From assembly GCA_964632315.1 (NCBI GenBank), contig CAZWEM010000014.1, positions 26,779 to 90,778 of the forward strand: a stretch of DNA of 64,000 nucleotides. Reading direction: 5' to 3'. Positions within the stretch are counted from its first letter, which is position 1. Every line of letters begins with the position of its first letter. Under the pieces are notes generated by a model that saw nothing but the letters and a program-made list of their open reading frames with translations, was not told the DNA's origin and searched no databases. The DNA comes from an uncultured archaeon. GTDB lineage: Archaea; Asgardarchaeota; Lokiarchaeia; Sigyniarchaeales; SOKP01. Below are positions 30,872-40,475 of the stretch, piece after piece. A program made the position numbers and the translations under genes.

Positions 30872-30907
30872 GTCCTTCTTTCACTAATCTTTTTTGAAAG
30901 AAATCAT
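30872..30907 (-). promoter_or_regulatory. Putative eukaryote/Loki-type SECIS element
   Basis: Minus strand reads ATGA-T-TTCTTTCA-AAAAAGATTAG-TGAAAGAA-G-GA-C: AUGA/GA core, 8-bp stem plus U-G, A-rich loop. It starts 15 nt after the TAA of the read-through ORF. Confidence 0.6.
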
Positions 30908-30921
30908 TCCAGTTTTTTATG

Positions 30922-31383
30922 TTATTTTCTTTTTAAAGCAAAATAGTGTGCAAATGTCTGATTATCCTTTCCGTATTTATTTCTAATGATTTTCTTAAAC
31001 GTTCCAAAATCTAAACGCTCTTTCATGTTATCAGCTCATCAATCAGCGTGGACAATTATTGTAATATCAGAGTTTGGAATCAAGTTAACATCGATATCGC
31101 TCCTTAAAGGCATGAATTCCTTGTTGGGTCCGTATGCATCAACTCCGCAGTCCTCATAAATCTTATTCTCTTCAGCATCCCAGATAAGTTGTAGGTAACT
31201 ATGAATTAAACCTTTATATAGAGGAAACACTGATATATCTGGATGTTCTATCATATTTTTGTCAATTTTACTTAAAGCATCGATGATTGTTCCACTATCA
31301 TCCATCTCAAGGACATATTTCACTCCTTTGGAGTGGGTTTGCTCAGGATCTGGGGCAAATATTGTTAAGTTTATCTTTTTCAT
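30922..31383 (-). CDS. Unknown protein (possibly beta-grasp-like); candidate selenoprotein with tandem in-frame TGA-TGA (153 aa if read through; 114 aa ending at 31039 otherwise)
   Basis: ...ITIIVHAD-TGA-TGA-ADNMKERLDFGTFKKIIRNKYGKDNQTFAHYFALKRK-TAA in one frame; SECIS-like hairpin in the 3' UTR; ATG 31383 follows a GGAAGTGA RBS. Confidence 0.6.
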
Positions 31384-31459
31384 GACAATTTTCACTTCCT
31401 TTTAAGAGGGGAAAGCAAATTTTTATATTTATTTGAATAAAAAATTAAATTAATTAGAT

Positions 31460-32269
31460 TTAGACTTGTTCATTATAACTTTTAGGATCTTTCTTTCTAT
31501 AGATTACTAACAGTAGAATTGCATAAATGAAAATGATAATATCGCTGATTACCCTTACCATAATATCAAATGAAAATAATTGGCCGAAAAAGTTTATGCA
31601 AAAATGAAATAACATTGCTGATAAAATACTTCGATTGGTATTATTATATATCACAGTATAGATGATGGAATGGGGGAAGATTGTGATGAAGAACATCCAA
31701 AAATCTATGGAAAACAAACCAAGATTTTGTTGGTATGTACCATTAATAAAAAATAGTGGTAAATGCCATGTTCCCCAAAAAAATCCAATAATCATACTTG
31801 AATTAAAAGAGGTATACTTTCTTTGTAATGTATCTAGGACATAGCCACGCCAACCGAATTCTTCAGCTATAACTCCAATTATTAAAACAATTACAGAACT
31901 TAAAATACTAACTAAAAAAACAGGATCAAATGTTATTCCACTGCCATTGAATAGAAGTGACCCCCCTCCCGCGATTAAAATCGGAGTAAGAGATAAAATT
32001 ATGATTACTCCATACCACTGAAAGCCTATACGCCTAAAATCTCGAGACCTGCGCCAAAAATCTTTTACTTCATCTTTGTTTTTAGTTAAATAGGTTAAAA
32101 AGATCCCAATAAATGAAGGACCAAACCCACCAAGAACATAATAAATTATTGTTGGAAAGAAGGTATAAATTTGATTTAAAAAAATCGCAATACTCCAAAA
32201 AATCCAGGAAAAAATGAAAGTTAATGAGAAAAAGAGCCATGATTTAGAAAGCAATTTATGCTCCTTCAT
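31460..32269 (-). CDS. CPBP (Abi/CAAX protease, Rce1-like) family intramembrane metalloprotease
   Basis: EEFGWRG, WGTWHLP, HFCIN. Confidence 0.9.
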   Translation of the reverse strand: MKEHKLLSKSWLFFSLTFIFSWIFWSIAIFLNQIYTFFPTIIYYVLGGFGPSFIGIFLTYLTKNKDEVKDFWRRSRDFRRIGFQWYGVIIILSLTPILIAGGGSLLFNGSGITFDPVFLVSILSSVIVLIIGVIAEEFGWRGYVLDTLQRKYTSFNSSMIIGFFWGTWHLPLFFINGTYQQNLGLFSIDFWMFFITIFPHSIIYTVIYNNTNRSILSAMLFHFCINFFGQLFSFDIMVRVISDIIIFIYAILLLVIYRKKDPKSYNEQV

Positions 32270-32466
32270 AATAGCTTTCTATTATTTTTCTAAAATTTAA
32301 ATCTTAATGAAATAATCTTTATGAAATGGATTGCATCGACTAAATAAGTTGAGATCAACTTTTTGTAATAATCATTAATTTAATAATAAGATATTTAGAA
32401 ATATCATTATGAATTTGATTAAGTAGAATATTTAAAAAAAGATAATAAAATTAAATTTGAGTGTAA

Positions 32467-33285
32467 TTGAAAATGGGTGAACAAGAAGAGAAATTACTGC
32501 TAGAGAGGAAGGGAAAGGTTGCATATATCACCATCAACAACCCAAAAAAGAAAAATGCGATTGAAGTGCCAATGATTTATAAGTTCTTAGAGTTTTTGGA
32601 TGAAGTGGATGTAGATCCTAAAGTGCGATGTCTGGTCATTCGAAGCACGGGTGATGACGTGTTTTGCGCAGGATGGGACTTGGTAATGTTCGAATCCGTT
32701 GACCAAAAAAATATCGATATATTGCTAAACGATGGTGCACGCATCTCTAAAAAAATTCATTTTCTCACGAAACCCGTGATTATGCAAATTCAAGGAGCTG
32801 CAGTTGGTACAGGCACCATCATTTCACTGCTCGCAGATGTGAGGATTGTAGCAAACAAAAAAAATATCTTCTTTCAACTCCCCGAGTTGATCATGGGTCC
32901 GGGAATTTTTCCTGCAACGGGTCCAACGGTTGGAGCGGTAAAGCTTCTAGGTAATGCCAGAGCAAAAGATATGCTTTTCACGGGGAGGAGAGTAAGCTTA
33001 GAAGAATTCAACTCTTGGGGCATAATTAATCAGATAATTGACCCTCCCGAAGATCTGCCCAATGCAGTCAAGAGTTATGCTAAAGAACTCTCACGAAAAT
33101 CTCTTGAAATATTAGCTCTTACCAAAAACGCCATAAATACTATGTCCACACGATTGGCTAATGAGTTTTATAACCTCGAAAATGATTATGCGGAGTACTA
33201 TTTTGCTGGGCTGAAAGGAGAGTCCAGAATGGGATTGGATGAATTTCTGGAAAAAATGACCAAAAAATATACCATGCTGAAATGA
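32467..33285 (+). CDS. Enoyl-CoA hydratase/isomerase family protein
   Basis: NNPKKKNA, FCAGWDL, KPVI..IQG.AVG.G, LPE. Confidence 0.9.
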   Translation: MKMGEQEEKLLLERKGKVAYITINNPKKKNAIEVPMIYKFLEFLDEVDVDPKVRCLVIRSTGDDVFCAGWDLVMFESVDQKNIDILLNDGARISKKIHFLTKPVIMQIQGAAVGTGTIISLLADVRIVANKKNIFFQLPELIMGPGIFPATGPTVGAVKLLGNARAKDMLFTGRRVSLEEFNSWGIINQIIDPPEDLPNAVKSYAKELSRKSLEILALTKNAINTMSTRLANEFYNLENDYAEYYFAGLKGESRMGLDEFLEKMTKKYTMLK

Positions 33286-33337
33286 GTCTATGCAAAAGTT
33301 ATTTTGCCATACTATTTAAAAACATAATGGTCAAGAT

Positions 33338-34225
33338 ATGAAAGTCATAAAGAGTTATAGCTTCGGAAAAAACTTAGGATATATTTACGCTTTAAATTTT
33401 ATCTTAATTATAATCCTTTTAGTCTTTTTTAATCAGCTTGATAATATTCTTTATATTCCTTTTAAAACTCCCGAAATGTGGTGTGAAGGGCAACCTTGTA
33501 TTGAAATAGATTTCTTGTCATTTAAGATACTACTTGTTCAGCCTACCTCCACCCTTTTTGTATACTTACTCGGCTTTATCACCTTACTATTAGGAGTGTA
33601 TGTTTTAAGAATCAGTAAAGGTAATAAATTTGTATTTTGGTGGGGAATAGCATTGTTATTATGGGGGATAGGTGCAATATTCGCAGGAACTAGTTATCAA
33701 GCATTCAGTTACGTGATCAAATGTTTGGGTAGGAGCTTTTGTGTATGGACAAGTCTATTAGAAATTTTATACCTCTTATTATCAGTTGGAAGTGTAAATG
33801 CAATGTTACTAGCCCAAGCAAATTTAGATGAGAAAAATAAATGGACTAGAATCATTAAAACATACGCAATTATCAATTTTTTAATCTACGAAGTCGTTGT
33901 GGTAATCGGAGCAATAATTCCCATCCAATTTATGATTTCTTTTGAACTCATGATCCTATTTTTAGCCCCAACCATCCTTTTCTTATTGATTACCAATATA
34001 CGTAACTATTTCGAGCATAAAAGGCGTATCAACCTCTCTCTTACAATTATATGGGTATTTCTAATCCTGATAATTGGATTATACTTCTTATACTTCATGC
34101 TTGGAATTACAGATGTTCTTTGGGAACAACAAATTTGGTTTTCCGAGAATGATGTGCTCCATATCGGCTTGATACTGTGGATGAGTTACATATATTTTAC
34201 TATGAGTAGATACAAACGAAATTAG
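33338..34225 (+). CDS. Multi-pass membrane protein of unknown function
   Basis: About 8 hydrophobic helices; QP.ST, GTSYQAFSY, FSENDVLH. Confidence 0.75.
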   Translation: MKVIKSYSFGKNLGYIYALNFILIIILLVFFNQLDNILYIPFKTPEMWCEGQPCIEIDFLSFKILLVQPTSTLFVYLLGFITLLLGVYVLRISKGNKFVFWWGIALLLWGIGAIFAGTSYQAFSYVIKCLGRSFCVWTSLLEILYLLLSVGSVNAMLLAQANLDEKNKWTRIIKTYAIINFLIYEVVVVIGAIIPIQFMISFELMILFLAPTILFLLITNIRNYFEHKRRINLSLTIIWVFLILIIGLYFLYFMLGITDVLWEQQIWFSENDVLHIGLILWMSYIYFTMSRYKRN

Positions 34226-34345
34226 ATATTTAAGAACTAAAAAAAAGATAAGATTCGATAACAATCGCAGAACAAAGTTTTACTAATTACTACCTACTAC
34301 TTATTAACTATTATTTTATTTTATTGATTCGTAACAAAAAGAAGC

Positions 34346-34600
34346 TTAATATCGATAATCTCGAACTTGCGCAGGAGCGGCTTCGGTTACTACTACTTTG
34401 TCCGCAGCAGGACCTTTCTCACCTTGGGTGATCTCAAATTCTACTTTATCGTTTTCATTGAGCGTAGCATATTCGTCAGCCTCCTTAACAATGGCACTGT
34501 GATGAACGAATATATCTCCTTCTTCCTCAGTTGCTATAAATCCATAACCTTTACGGTTATCAAACCATTTAACTGTACCTTCGGTCAATTTTAAAACCAA
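34346..34600 (-). CDS. cspA: Cold-shock domain protein
   Basis: [31 protein letters not shown]; the start may be the TTG at 34588. Confidence 0.93.
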   Translation of the reverse strand: MVLKLTEGTVKWFDNRKGYGFIATEEEGDIFVHHSAIVKEADEYATLNENDKVEFEITQGEKGPAADKVVVTEAAPAQVRDYRY

Positions 34601-34859
34601 TTTTTACATAAATTAAATTTTTTTATCAGTTCGTGTTGAACTTTTTAAGAAAATGAATCATACTGTAAATACTTTTATATTTTCGTTAAAATTTCAAACC
34701 CAGTTTTTATCGTGAAAGGCTTATTGCTCAGCTACTTGAATCTATAAAGTTCAAACTAGCTTTTTTTAGTAATGTAATTTTTAAATATTAGATAAATTAA
34801 TATTGAAATAAAAAAAAAGAGATATCTGAGTAAAAGAAGGGAGACAGGAAAATTCATCA

Positions 34860-35681
34860 ATGAGATCTTTTGTGCGTAAACATACTGTTTTAATTTATTT
34901 TTTTTTAACATTTGTTATAACTTGGACCTGTTGGTTCATAGTAATTCTGCTAATTGAGCCTTATACCGCATCTCCCGAGTCAGCGCCTCTAGTACTTCTT
35001 ATTTTTTTGGAAATCTTAGTAAAAATTGGAGTTTTCGGACCGGGAATTACTGGCCTCATTCTCACATTAACATTGTATAGAAAAAGCGGTCTTCGAGATT
35101 TTGTTAAGCGAATATTCAAATATAGGGTTAACCCAATCTATTACCTCTTTGCATTGCTTATACCGATCATAATCTATATGATCCCTATTAGTATTGAACT
35201 CATGTTAGGGGAATCCTTTCCAAACATAATTACGCAATATGGGTTTGTAGGTCTCGTTTTCCATTATTTGAATAGACTGCTACTAGGTAATTATGAAGAA
35301 GAGATAGGATGGCGAGGATTTGCTCAACATCATCTACAGAAGACGCAGAGTCCAATTATGATAAGTCTAATTATTGGCTTGCCTCATGCCATATGGCACA
35401 TACCGATGTTTCTAATTGAGAGTGGTTCTATAGATTTGTTAGAGTTCTTGTTATACACTATTAGGCTTATTATTCTGACATTTCTAGCCACTTGGCTCTA
35501 TAGTAAGACACAAAGTGTTCTTCTCACTGCTTTACTTCATGTAACCGTAAACGAATGCTCATTCTTTCTTGCTCCGAGCACATTACAAGGCCTTCTTATT
35601 CTAATGCTTATAATTGGAATCATTGGAATTATATTGATCCTATTCTTCGCGGAGAATAGAGCAAATAGAGAGGATTCGTGA
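34860..35681 (+). CDS. CPBP (Abi/CAAX protease) family intramembrane metalloprotease
   Basis: EEEIGWRG, HAIWHIP, LLHVTVN. Confidence 0.9.
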   Translation: MRSFVRKHTVLIYFFLTFVITWTCWFIVILLIEPYTASPESAPLVLLIFLEILVKIGVFGPGITGLILTLTLYRKSGLRDFVKRIFKYRVNPIYYLFALLIPIIIYMIPISIELMLGESFPNIITQYGFVGLVFHYLNRLLLGNYEEEIGWRGFAQHHLQKTQSPIMISLIIGLPHAIWHIPMFLIESGSIDLLEFLLYTIRLIILTFLATWLYSKTQSVLLTALLHVTVNECSFFLAPSTLQGLLILMLIIGIIGIILILFFAENRANREDS

Positions 35682-35708
35682 AAAAAACATAAAAGAATGA
35701 ATCCTATA

Positions 35709-35738
35709 AGAACCTAAAATATTTAGAACCTAAAATAT
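35709..35738 (+). repeat. Direct repeat AGAACCTAAAATAT x2 upstream of a small GTPase gene
   Basis: Copies at 35709-35722 and 35725-35738. Confidence 0.7.
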
Positions 35739-35826
35739 AAGAATAATTTCATAAATAAAAAATTATAACACAATATTATCTAAATTTAATTTATTAAACA
35801 AAAGAATTCTCTATTGGTGAGATAAA

Positions 35827-36417
35827 ATGTCTGAAGAGTATGATTATCTTTTTAAGTCAATTGTTATAGGAGATGGAGGAGTAGGTAAAACATCTCTTTC
35901 TCTGAGATTTTCAAAAGGAATTTTTACCGAAGATTATAAAATGACCATTGGAGTAGATTTCCATGTGAAAACTATAATTGTAGAAACTTCTGAAGGCGTT
36001 ATAACGTGCAAATTGCAGCTATGGGACACGGGGGGACAAGAACGATTCGGTCATATAAGACCTATGTATTATCAAGGAGCTTTAGGAGCTGTGGTAGTTT
36101 ATGATATTACAAATTATGCTAGTTTTGAACATCTTCCTCAATGGATTGAAGAAGTGCGCACAAATATAAATTATGAAATACCTTTATTGTTAGTAGGGAG
36201 CAAAAGCGATTTAGCTGGCCAAAGAGCGGTTTCTATCAGAGAAATTAATGACTTTACAAGAGATTTCAATCTCTTTTATATGGAAACCTCATCAAAGACT
36301 GGCGATGGCGTTATGGATTGTTTTTACATATTAACTTGCCTTATGCTTGGAGCTGGAGTACCTGAAGAGTTAGTAGCAAATAAAACACTCTTCACTCCAG
36401 GACAAATCACTTTATAA
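35827..36417 (+). CDS. Rab-like small GTPase
   Basis: GDGGVGKT, TIGVDF, WDTGGQERF, SKSD (atypical G4), ETSSK. Confidence 0.93.
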   Translation: MSEEYDYLFKSIVIGDGGVGKTSLSLRFSKGIFTEDYKMTIGVDFHVKTIIVETSEGVITCKLQLWDTGGQERFGHIRPMYYQGALGAVVVYDITNYASFEHLPQWIEEVRTNINYEIPLLLVGSKSDLAGQRAVSIREINDFTRDFNLFYMETSSKTGDGVMDCFYILTCLMLGAGVPEELVANKTLFTPGQITL

Positions 36418-36535
36418 TTAGGAAGTGTGCCCGGAGACGAGGTATTTAAAATAGTTTTTCACGCTTAGCAATGTTATACCCCTAATGCAATAAATTCTAT
36501 TTTAGTGAAAAAACCCCAAGCAGAATCGATCAGGA

Positions 36536-37327
36536 TTATTTTTTCTGATTGATTATTTCCTTGAGTAATATCTCGGGATGGTGATATCTACCCGTTTTTA
36601 ATGTTTTTTCTTCAAATTGAATCGATTTTTCTGGGCAGAAATTGATACAAGCGAGGCATTGCTGGCATTTATGTTGCCATTGAGGCATTCCCTTTCTCAA
36701 TACGATGTTTTTGACGGGACATACTTTTTCGCATACACCGCAACCAGTGCAAGTATCATCAACATGGAAGGATTTATCAAGATTATTCACTTCCGCTTGA
36801 AACCATTCGTTAACTTTTTCACTCCTTCCTACATCTTTCTTAAATACACTACTTTCTAAATTAACTTTACCATTCTTCACAATTTCGGCAAATTTGTCAA
36901 TTTCTTCTTTAGCTTTTTCGAAAAAATCTATTTGAACCTTTTCTGGAGTAATATTATATCCAATAATATAATTATTAGGCATGTTAACAAGAAGTCCCGC
37001 GTTAAGCCTTTTTCCTTTCGCTCTTAGAAGCCTTTCTATTTGTTGTAAGGGATATACGTTAAGATCTTCAGCACTAGTTACACACGCAAAAAAGTATTTA
37101 GATTTATTCAAATCTAATTCTTTCAGAAAATCAAGAACAATTTTAGGTAGACCAGAATAATACAGTGGAAAGAAAAAACCAATATTTTCACTGATTGATT
37201 CAAAATTTTCCAATCCCTGGTACTTTACAATTGGGATTAGTTCGCAGCTACTTAGTTTTTGGCAAAGCTCTTTTGCTACTTTCAATGAATTCCCTGTCCC
37301 AGTAAAATAATAGATTGTGGTTTCCAT
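36536..37327 (-). CDS. EFR1-type flavodoxin-fold/ferredoxin fusion protein
   Basis: YFTGTGNS, MPNNY, CTGCGVC..VCP and CQQCLAC..FCP. Confidence 0.9.
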   Translation of the reverse strand: METTIYYFTGTGNSLKVAKELCQKLSSCELIPIVKYQGLENFESISENIGFFFPLYYSGLPKIVLDFLKELDLNKSKYFFACVTSAEDLNVYPLQQIERLLRAKGKRLNAGLLVNMPNNYIIGYNITPEKVQIDFFEKAKEEIDKFAEIVKNGKVNLESSVFKKDVGRSEKVNEWFQAEVNNLDKSFHVDDTCTGCGVCEKVCPVKNIVLRKGMPQWQHKCQQCLACINFCPEKSIQFEEKTLKTGRYHHPEILLKEIINQKK

Positions 37328-37421
37328 ATATTTTCTAAAATTTCTCTTCTTTTAGACTTTTTTGGTTAGAAATTAAAGGTTCTATGTAAATTTATTAAAA
37401 GAGATTTCACTTTTTTATAAT

Positions 37422-37910
37422 ATGAAAGTACAAATAATGACGGATACTTGGTATGGGAATGGAACATTATTAGCAGAAGCACTTAAAAAAGAGTTCTCCA
37501 ACGAATTTGATGTAAATATCGCGGATGTGAAGGAGGTATCTCCTGAAAAAATTGCTGAGGATGCTCCCAATGTGATTATTATAGGAGGAGCAATACGAAT
37601 GTTTAGAGGTGCCCCCAAATCTAAGAGATGGCTATCAAAATTAAATAAAATACTAGAAAAATCGGGAAAGAATGTTAAATACGGGACTGGTTTTTTAACC
37701 CACGCAATGCCAACAGATAAAATTCAAGGATACGCAAGGAGATTTCTAAATAAAATAGACAACGCATCGATCATTGAAAGCACTTATTCCCAATTGTTGA
37801 CCGCTCGAGTTGAAGGCTCAAAAGGTCCGATCTCTCCTGAAGAAATAGATAAATCGAGAGGATATATTAAGGAATTCATCGAATGGATTCAAATGGCTCT
37901 CAAAATTTGA
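37422..37910 (+). CDS. Flavodoxin-like protein
   Basis: DTWYGNG..LAE, IIIGGAIRMF, V.G.KGP; similar to 30223-30678. Confidence 0.8.
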   Translation: MKVQIMTDTWYGNGTLLAEALKKEFSNEFDVNIADVKEVSPEKIAEDAPNVIIIGGAIRMFRGAPKSKRWLSKLNKILEKSGKNVKYGTGFLTHAMPTDKIQGYARRFLNKIDNASIIESTYSQLLTARVEGSKGPISPEEIDKSRGYIKEFIEWIQMALKI

Positions 37911-37933
37911 TCGTGAAACGGTTATTTCACGAT
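37910..37933. terminator. Hairpin between convergent genes
   Basis: ATCGTGAAA-CGGTTA-TTTCACGAT, a perfect 9-bp stem. Confidence 0.55.
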
Positions 37934-37970
37934 GATTATCCTTATTTATGTTGAATTAATACAAGAATTT

Positions 37971-38951
37971 TTACCAACCAATTAAATGAATTTCTCCAAG
38001 GGGTCTAATATCTGCCAAGTGCCTTATCTTAAAATTATATTGTGGCGTTATCTCTTGGATGAGCTTTTTTGTTCCAAATAACTCTTCGGGATGATGATAT
38101 ATCGAGATTAACAAAACGGGATTAAATTGTTTTATCGTTTTTTTAGCTCCATTTAATGCTTCAAATTCATATCCTTCAAGATCCATTTTAATTAAGCCTA
38201 CCGAAAGGTTATTGTTCTTTACGAATTCATCAATAGAGGCAACTTCAATTTCATTACTACCAGAATCGCTAACACATGAAGAAATTCCAAGTAAACTAAA
38301 ATATATGACACCACTCTCTTCTCCTACGGCTTTATTGACTGGGAATACTCTTTCTAACTTATTAAATTTAATTGTTTCACTAAGATAAGAAAGACTTTCT
38401 GGATTTGGTTCAAATGAATATATACTTGAGGGAAAATACTCTTTTTCAAACATACTAGCTGAATCCCCCGTAAAAGCTCCACAATCAAGAAAAACTGAAC
38501 CTCTTAAACCCTTGATAACTTCTTGAGGTAAGTAGTTCAAACCATGTTTATATTTGAAAATTCCCTCTTCATGTAATTCCAAGGGTAATATGTAATCGTT
38601 TTTTATCGATTCAAGATAATTTAAATGTTCAAGTAATTTGTCCATATTAGTTGTAAACTTTTGAAGAGTTTGTACCAATGTATGTGTATTCATGTATTCC
38701 AGATTTTCTATAACCTTATTTAAGTTGTTCCTACTCTCAACATCTAAGCTGCTTAAAAAATTATCAACTTCAAATTTGTGCTGATCTATATATTCAATGA
38801 ATCTTCCTGTGACTTCATAATCTAAGCGAATACATAGTAATTCCCAATATAAACGTTCTTTTTGAAACTTCGTAAATTTAATATTAGCTGGAAGCTTGCG
38901 AATTATTTGACGTTTCATTGAATGTAGTGATTTAGAATCATTTAAAGACAT
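37971..38951 (-). CDS. FkbM-family methyltransferase
   Basis: FLDCGAFTGDS, FEP, IKMDLEGYE..AL.GA, ISIYH. Confidence 0.9.
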   Translation of the reverse strand: MSLNDSKSLHSMKRQIIRKLPANIKFTKFQKERLYWELLCIRLDYEVTGRFIEYIDQHKFEVDNFLSSLDVESRNNLNKVIENLEYMNTHTLVQTLQKFTTNMDKLLEHLNYLESIKNDYILPLELHEEGIFKYKHGLNYLPQEVIKGLRGSVFLDCGAFTGDSASMFEKEYFPSSIYSFEPNPESLSYLSETIKFNKLERVFPVNKAVGEESGVIYFSLLGISSCVSDSGSNEIEVASIDEFVKNNNLSVGLIKMDLEGYEFEALNGAKKTIKQFNPVLLISIYHHPEELFGTKKLIQEITPQYNFKIRHLADIRPLGEIHLIGW

Positions 38952-39147
38952 TTTCGTCTCTCTTTTAAAATTGAATTTAATTCAAATTAATGGGATATTT
39001 ATTTTTTAATTTTTAGAATTTAAAAGTTAATTTGATCCCTAAATTTTTGTAAAGCTCATTCAGTTTTCAAGATAAATAGATTAAATAAAACTAATGAATA
39101 ATCCTTAATCTTTTTATTTTTCCATATTGTTCGCAAATCTAATATTA

Positions 39148-39549
39148 TTATGATTTTGGGAAAATTGTTGCAATAGCACTTAAAACGAGTCCAATTATTA
39201 TACTTATGAAAGTTACAAGTAGTAATACGTCTGAGTTTGTTATAATATACTGGCTAACTACTACCAAGCTGTAACAAACAGCCTGAAAGGATACAATAAG
39301 AGTAAAGATTAGCCCCATCATTTGTGTGTTATTAGTTTTAAAATCTTCAAACTTAGCAATACCAGTCGCAAATAATTTAAGCAAGAATGTCGTGATAAAA
39401 ACAGCCACTAATACAATAATTCCATAAACTGGACGGAGTTCAATTGCAATATTGTCTAGATTTTGTCCTATGAAGGTTTCACTAAATGCTATTATTACTA
39501 ACGCTTCGCCTGGAAGCCCTCTAATTAAATTTTCTATATAATTTGTCAA
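39148..39549 (-). CDS. Small multi-pass membrane protein
   Basis: 133 aa, about 4 hydrophobic segments. Confidence 0.65.
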   Translation of the reverse strand: MTNYIENLIRGLPGEALVIIAFSETFIGQNLDNIAIELRPVYGIIVLVAVFITTFLLKLFATGIAKFEDFKTNNTQMMGLIFTLIVSFQAVCYSLVVVSQYIITNSDVLLLVTFISIIIGLVLSAIATIFPKS

Positions 39550-39828
39550 ATTTTTTACCTTTTTTTATAAAAATGAATTTCAATTAATAGTTCAATTTCT
39601 TTTTTATTAAAATTTTACTTGCACAATAAGTGGAACTGTCTTTCATACGTTAGGTATCATCGAAATTTGATTCCATATCTATAATGCATATAAGAACTTA
39701 ATAGCAAGATAAATTTACTAAGGGGTTAATCATCTAATCTTTTATGTATCTCCAAGCAATTCCAACTTCCCTTCTTCTTTTATTTTATGAAGAGTACATA
39801 TAAGTAGGGTAGGTTATTGTAAAATATT

Positions 39829-40194
39829 ATGCCCACTGCTAAGAAAAGTCACATAACTATTGATGACTATATCAGTAGTCTTCCAAAAAATATCCAAATT
39901 ATCCTAATCAAATTGAGAGATGTAATTAGTAGAGCTTCACCTGAAGCAGAAGAAACAATCAGTGATGGGATCCCCACTTTTAAGCTTAACGGTAATTTAG
40001 TCCATTTTGCGGGATATAAAAATCATATCGGATTTTATCCTACTCCTTCAGGGATAGAAGCATTCAGAGAGGAGTTATCTTCTTATGAATTATCAAAAGG
40101 GACGATCAAATTTCCAATAGATAAGCCAATACCTTTAGATTTAGTAAGAAAGATAGTCGAATTTAGAGTAAAGGAAAATTTAAAGAAGGAATGA
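39829..40194 (+). CDS. DUF1801 (YdhG-like) protein
   Basis: IDDYI, P.AEETIS.GIPTF, HFAGYKNHIGFYP, KGTIKFP. Confidence 0.9.
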   Translation: MPTAKKSHITIDDYISSLPKNIQIILIKLRDVISRASPEAEETISDGIPTFKLNGNLVHFAGYKNHIGFYPTPSGIEAFREELSSYELSKGTIKFPIDKPIPLDLVRKIVEFRVKENLKKE

Positions 40195-40395
40195 GTTTTA
40201 ATCATTTTGTATTTTTCATTACCGATTTCCTTTTTAGGACTATCTCTATCTTTAAGGAACTAGCAGATTTAATGACGTCATATTAACACGCTAGCGATAA
40301 TAAATAAAAATCTAGAACTTAATAATATCGAATTATGCAGTAATTCTTAGCAATAGAGTCTTTAACTCGAATCTTATATTGCTTAATATCTATCT

Positions 40396-40413
40396 ATTTA
40401 GGCTTGCCTAAAT
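40396..40413. promoter_or_regulatory. Perfect palindrome ATTTAGG-CTTG-CCTAAAT (DtxR/IdeR-like box) abutting a TATA-like TTTAAATA
   Basis: Read directly; about 65 nt upstream of the proposed ATT start of a methyltransferase. Confidence 0.55.
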
Positions 40414-40475
40414 TTAAATATGAAAAAATACTGTTATAACATAAGAAATTCAAATAAAATTTACTGTGATAGATC

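Noticed and set aside
36418-36535. Slightly GC-richer intergenic stretch with interleaved inverted repeats (TAAAATAG/CTATTTTA, TTTTTCAC/GTGAAAAA) as ncRNA or MITE
   Set aside because: The arms are short and AT-rich, there is no second copy or target-site duplication in the window, and I recognise no RNA family.
40191-40263. 24-codon ORF overlapping the DUF1801 stop (ATGA)
   Set aside because: Too short and featureless to support.
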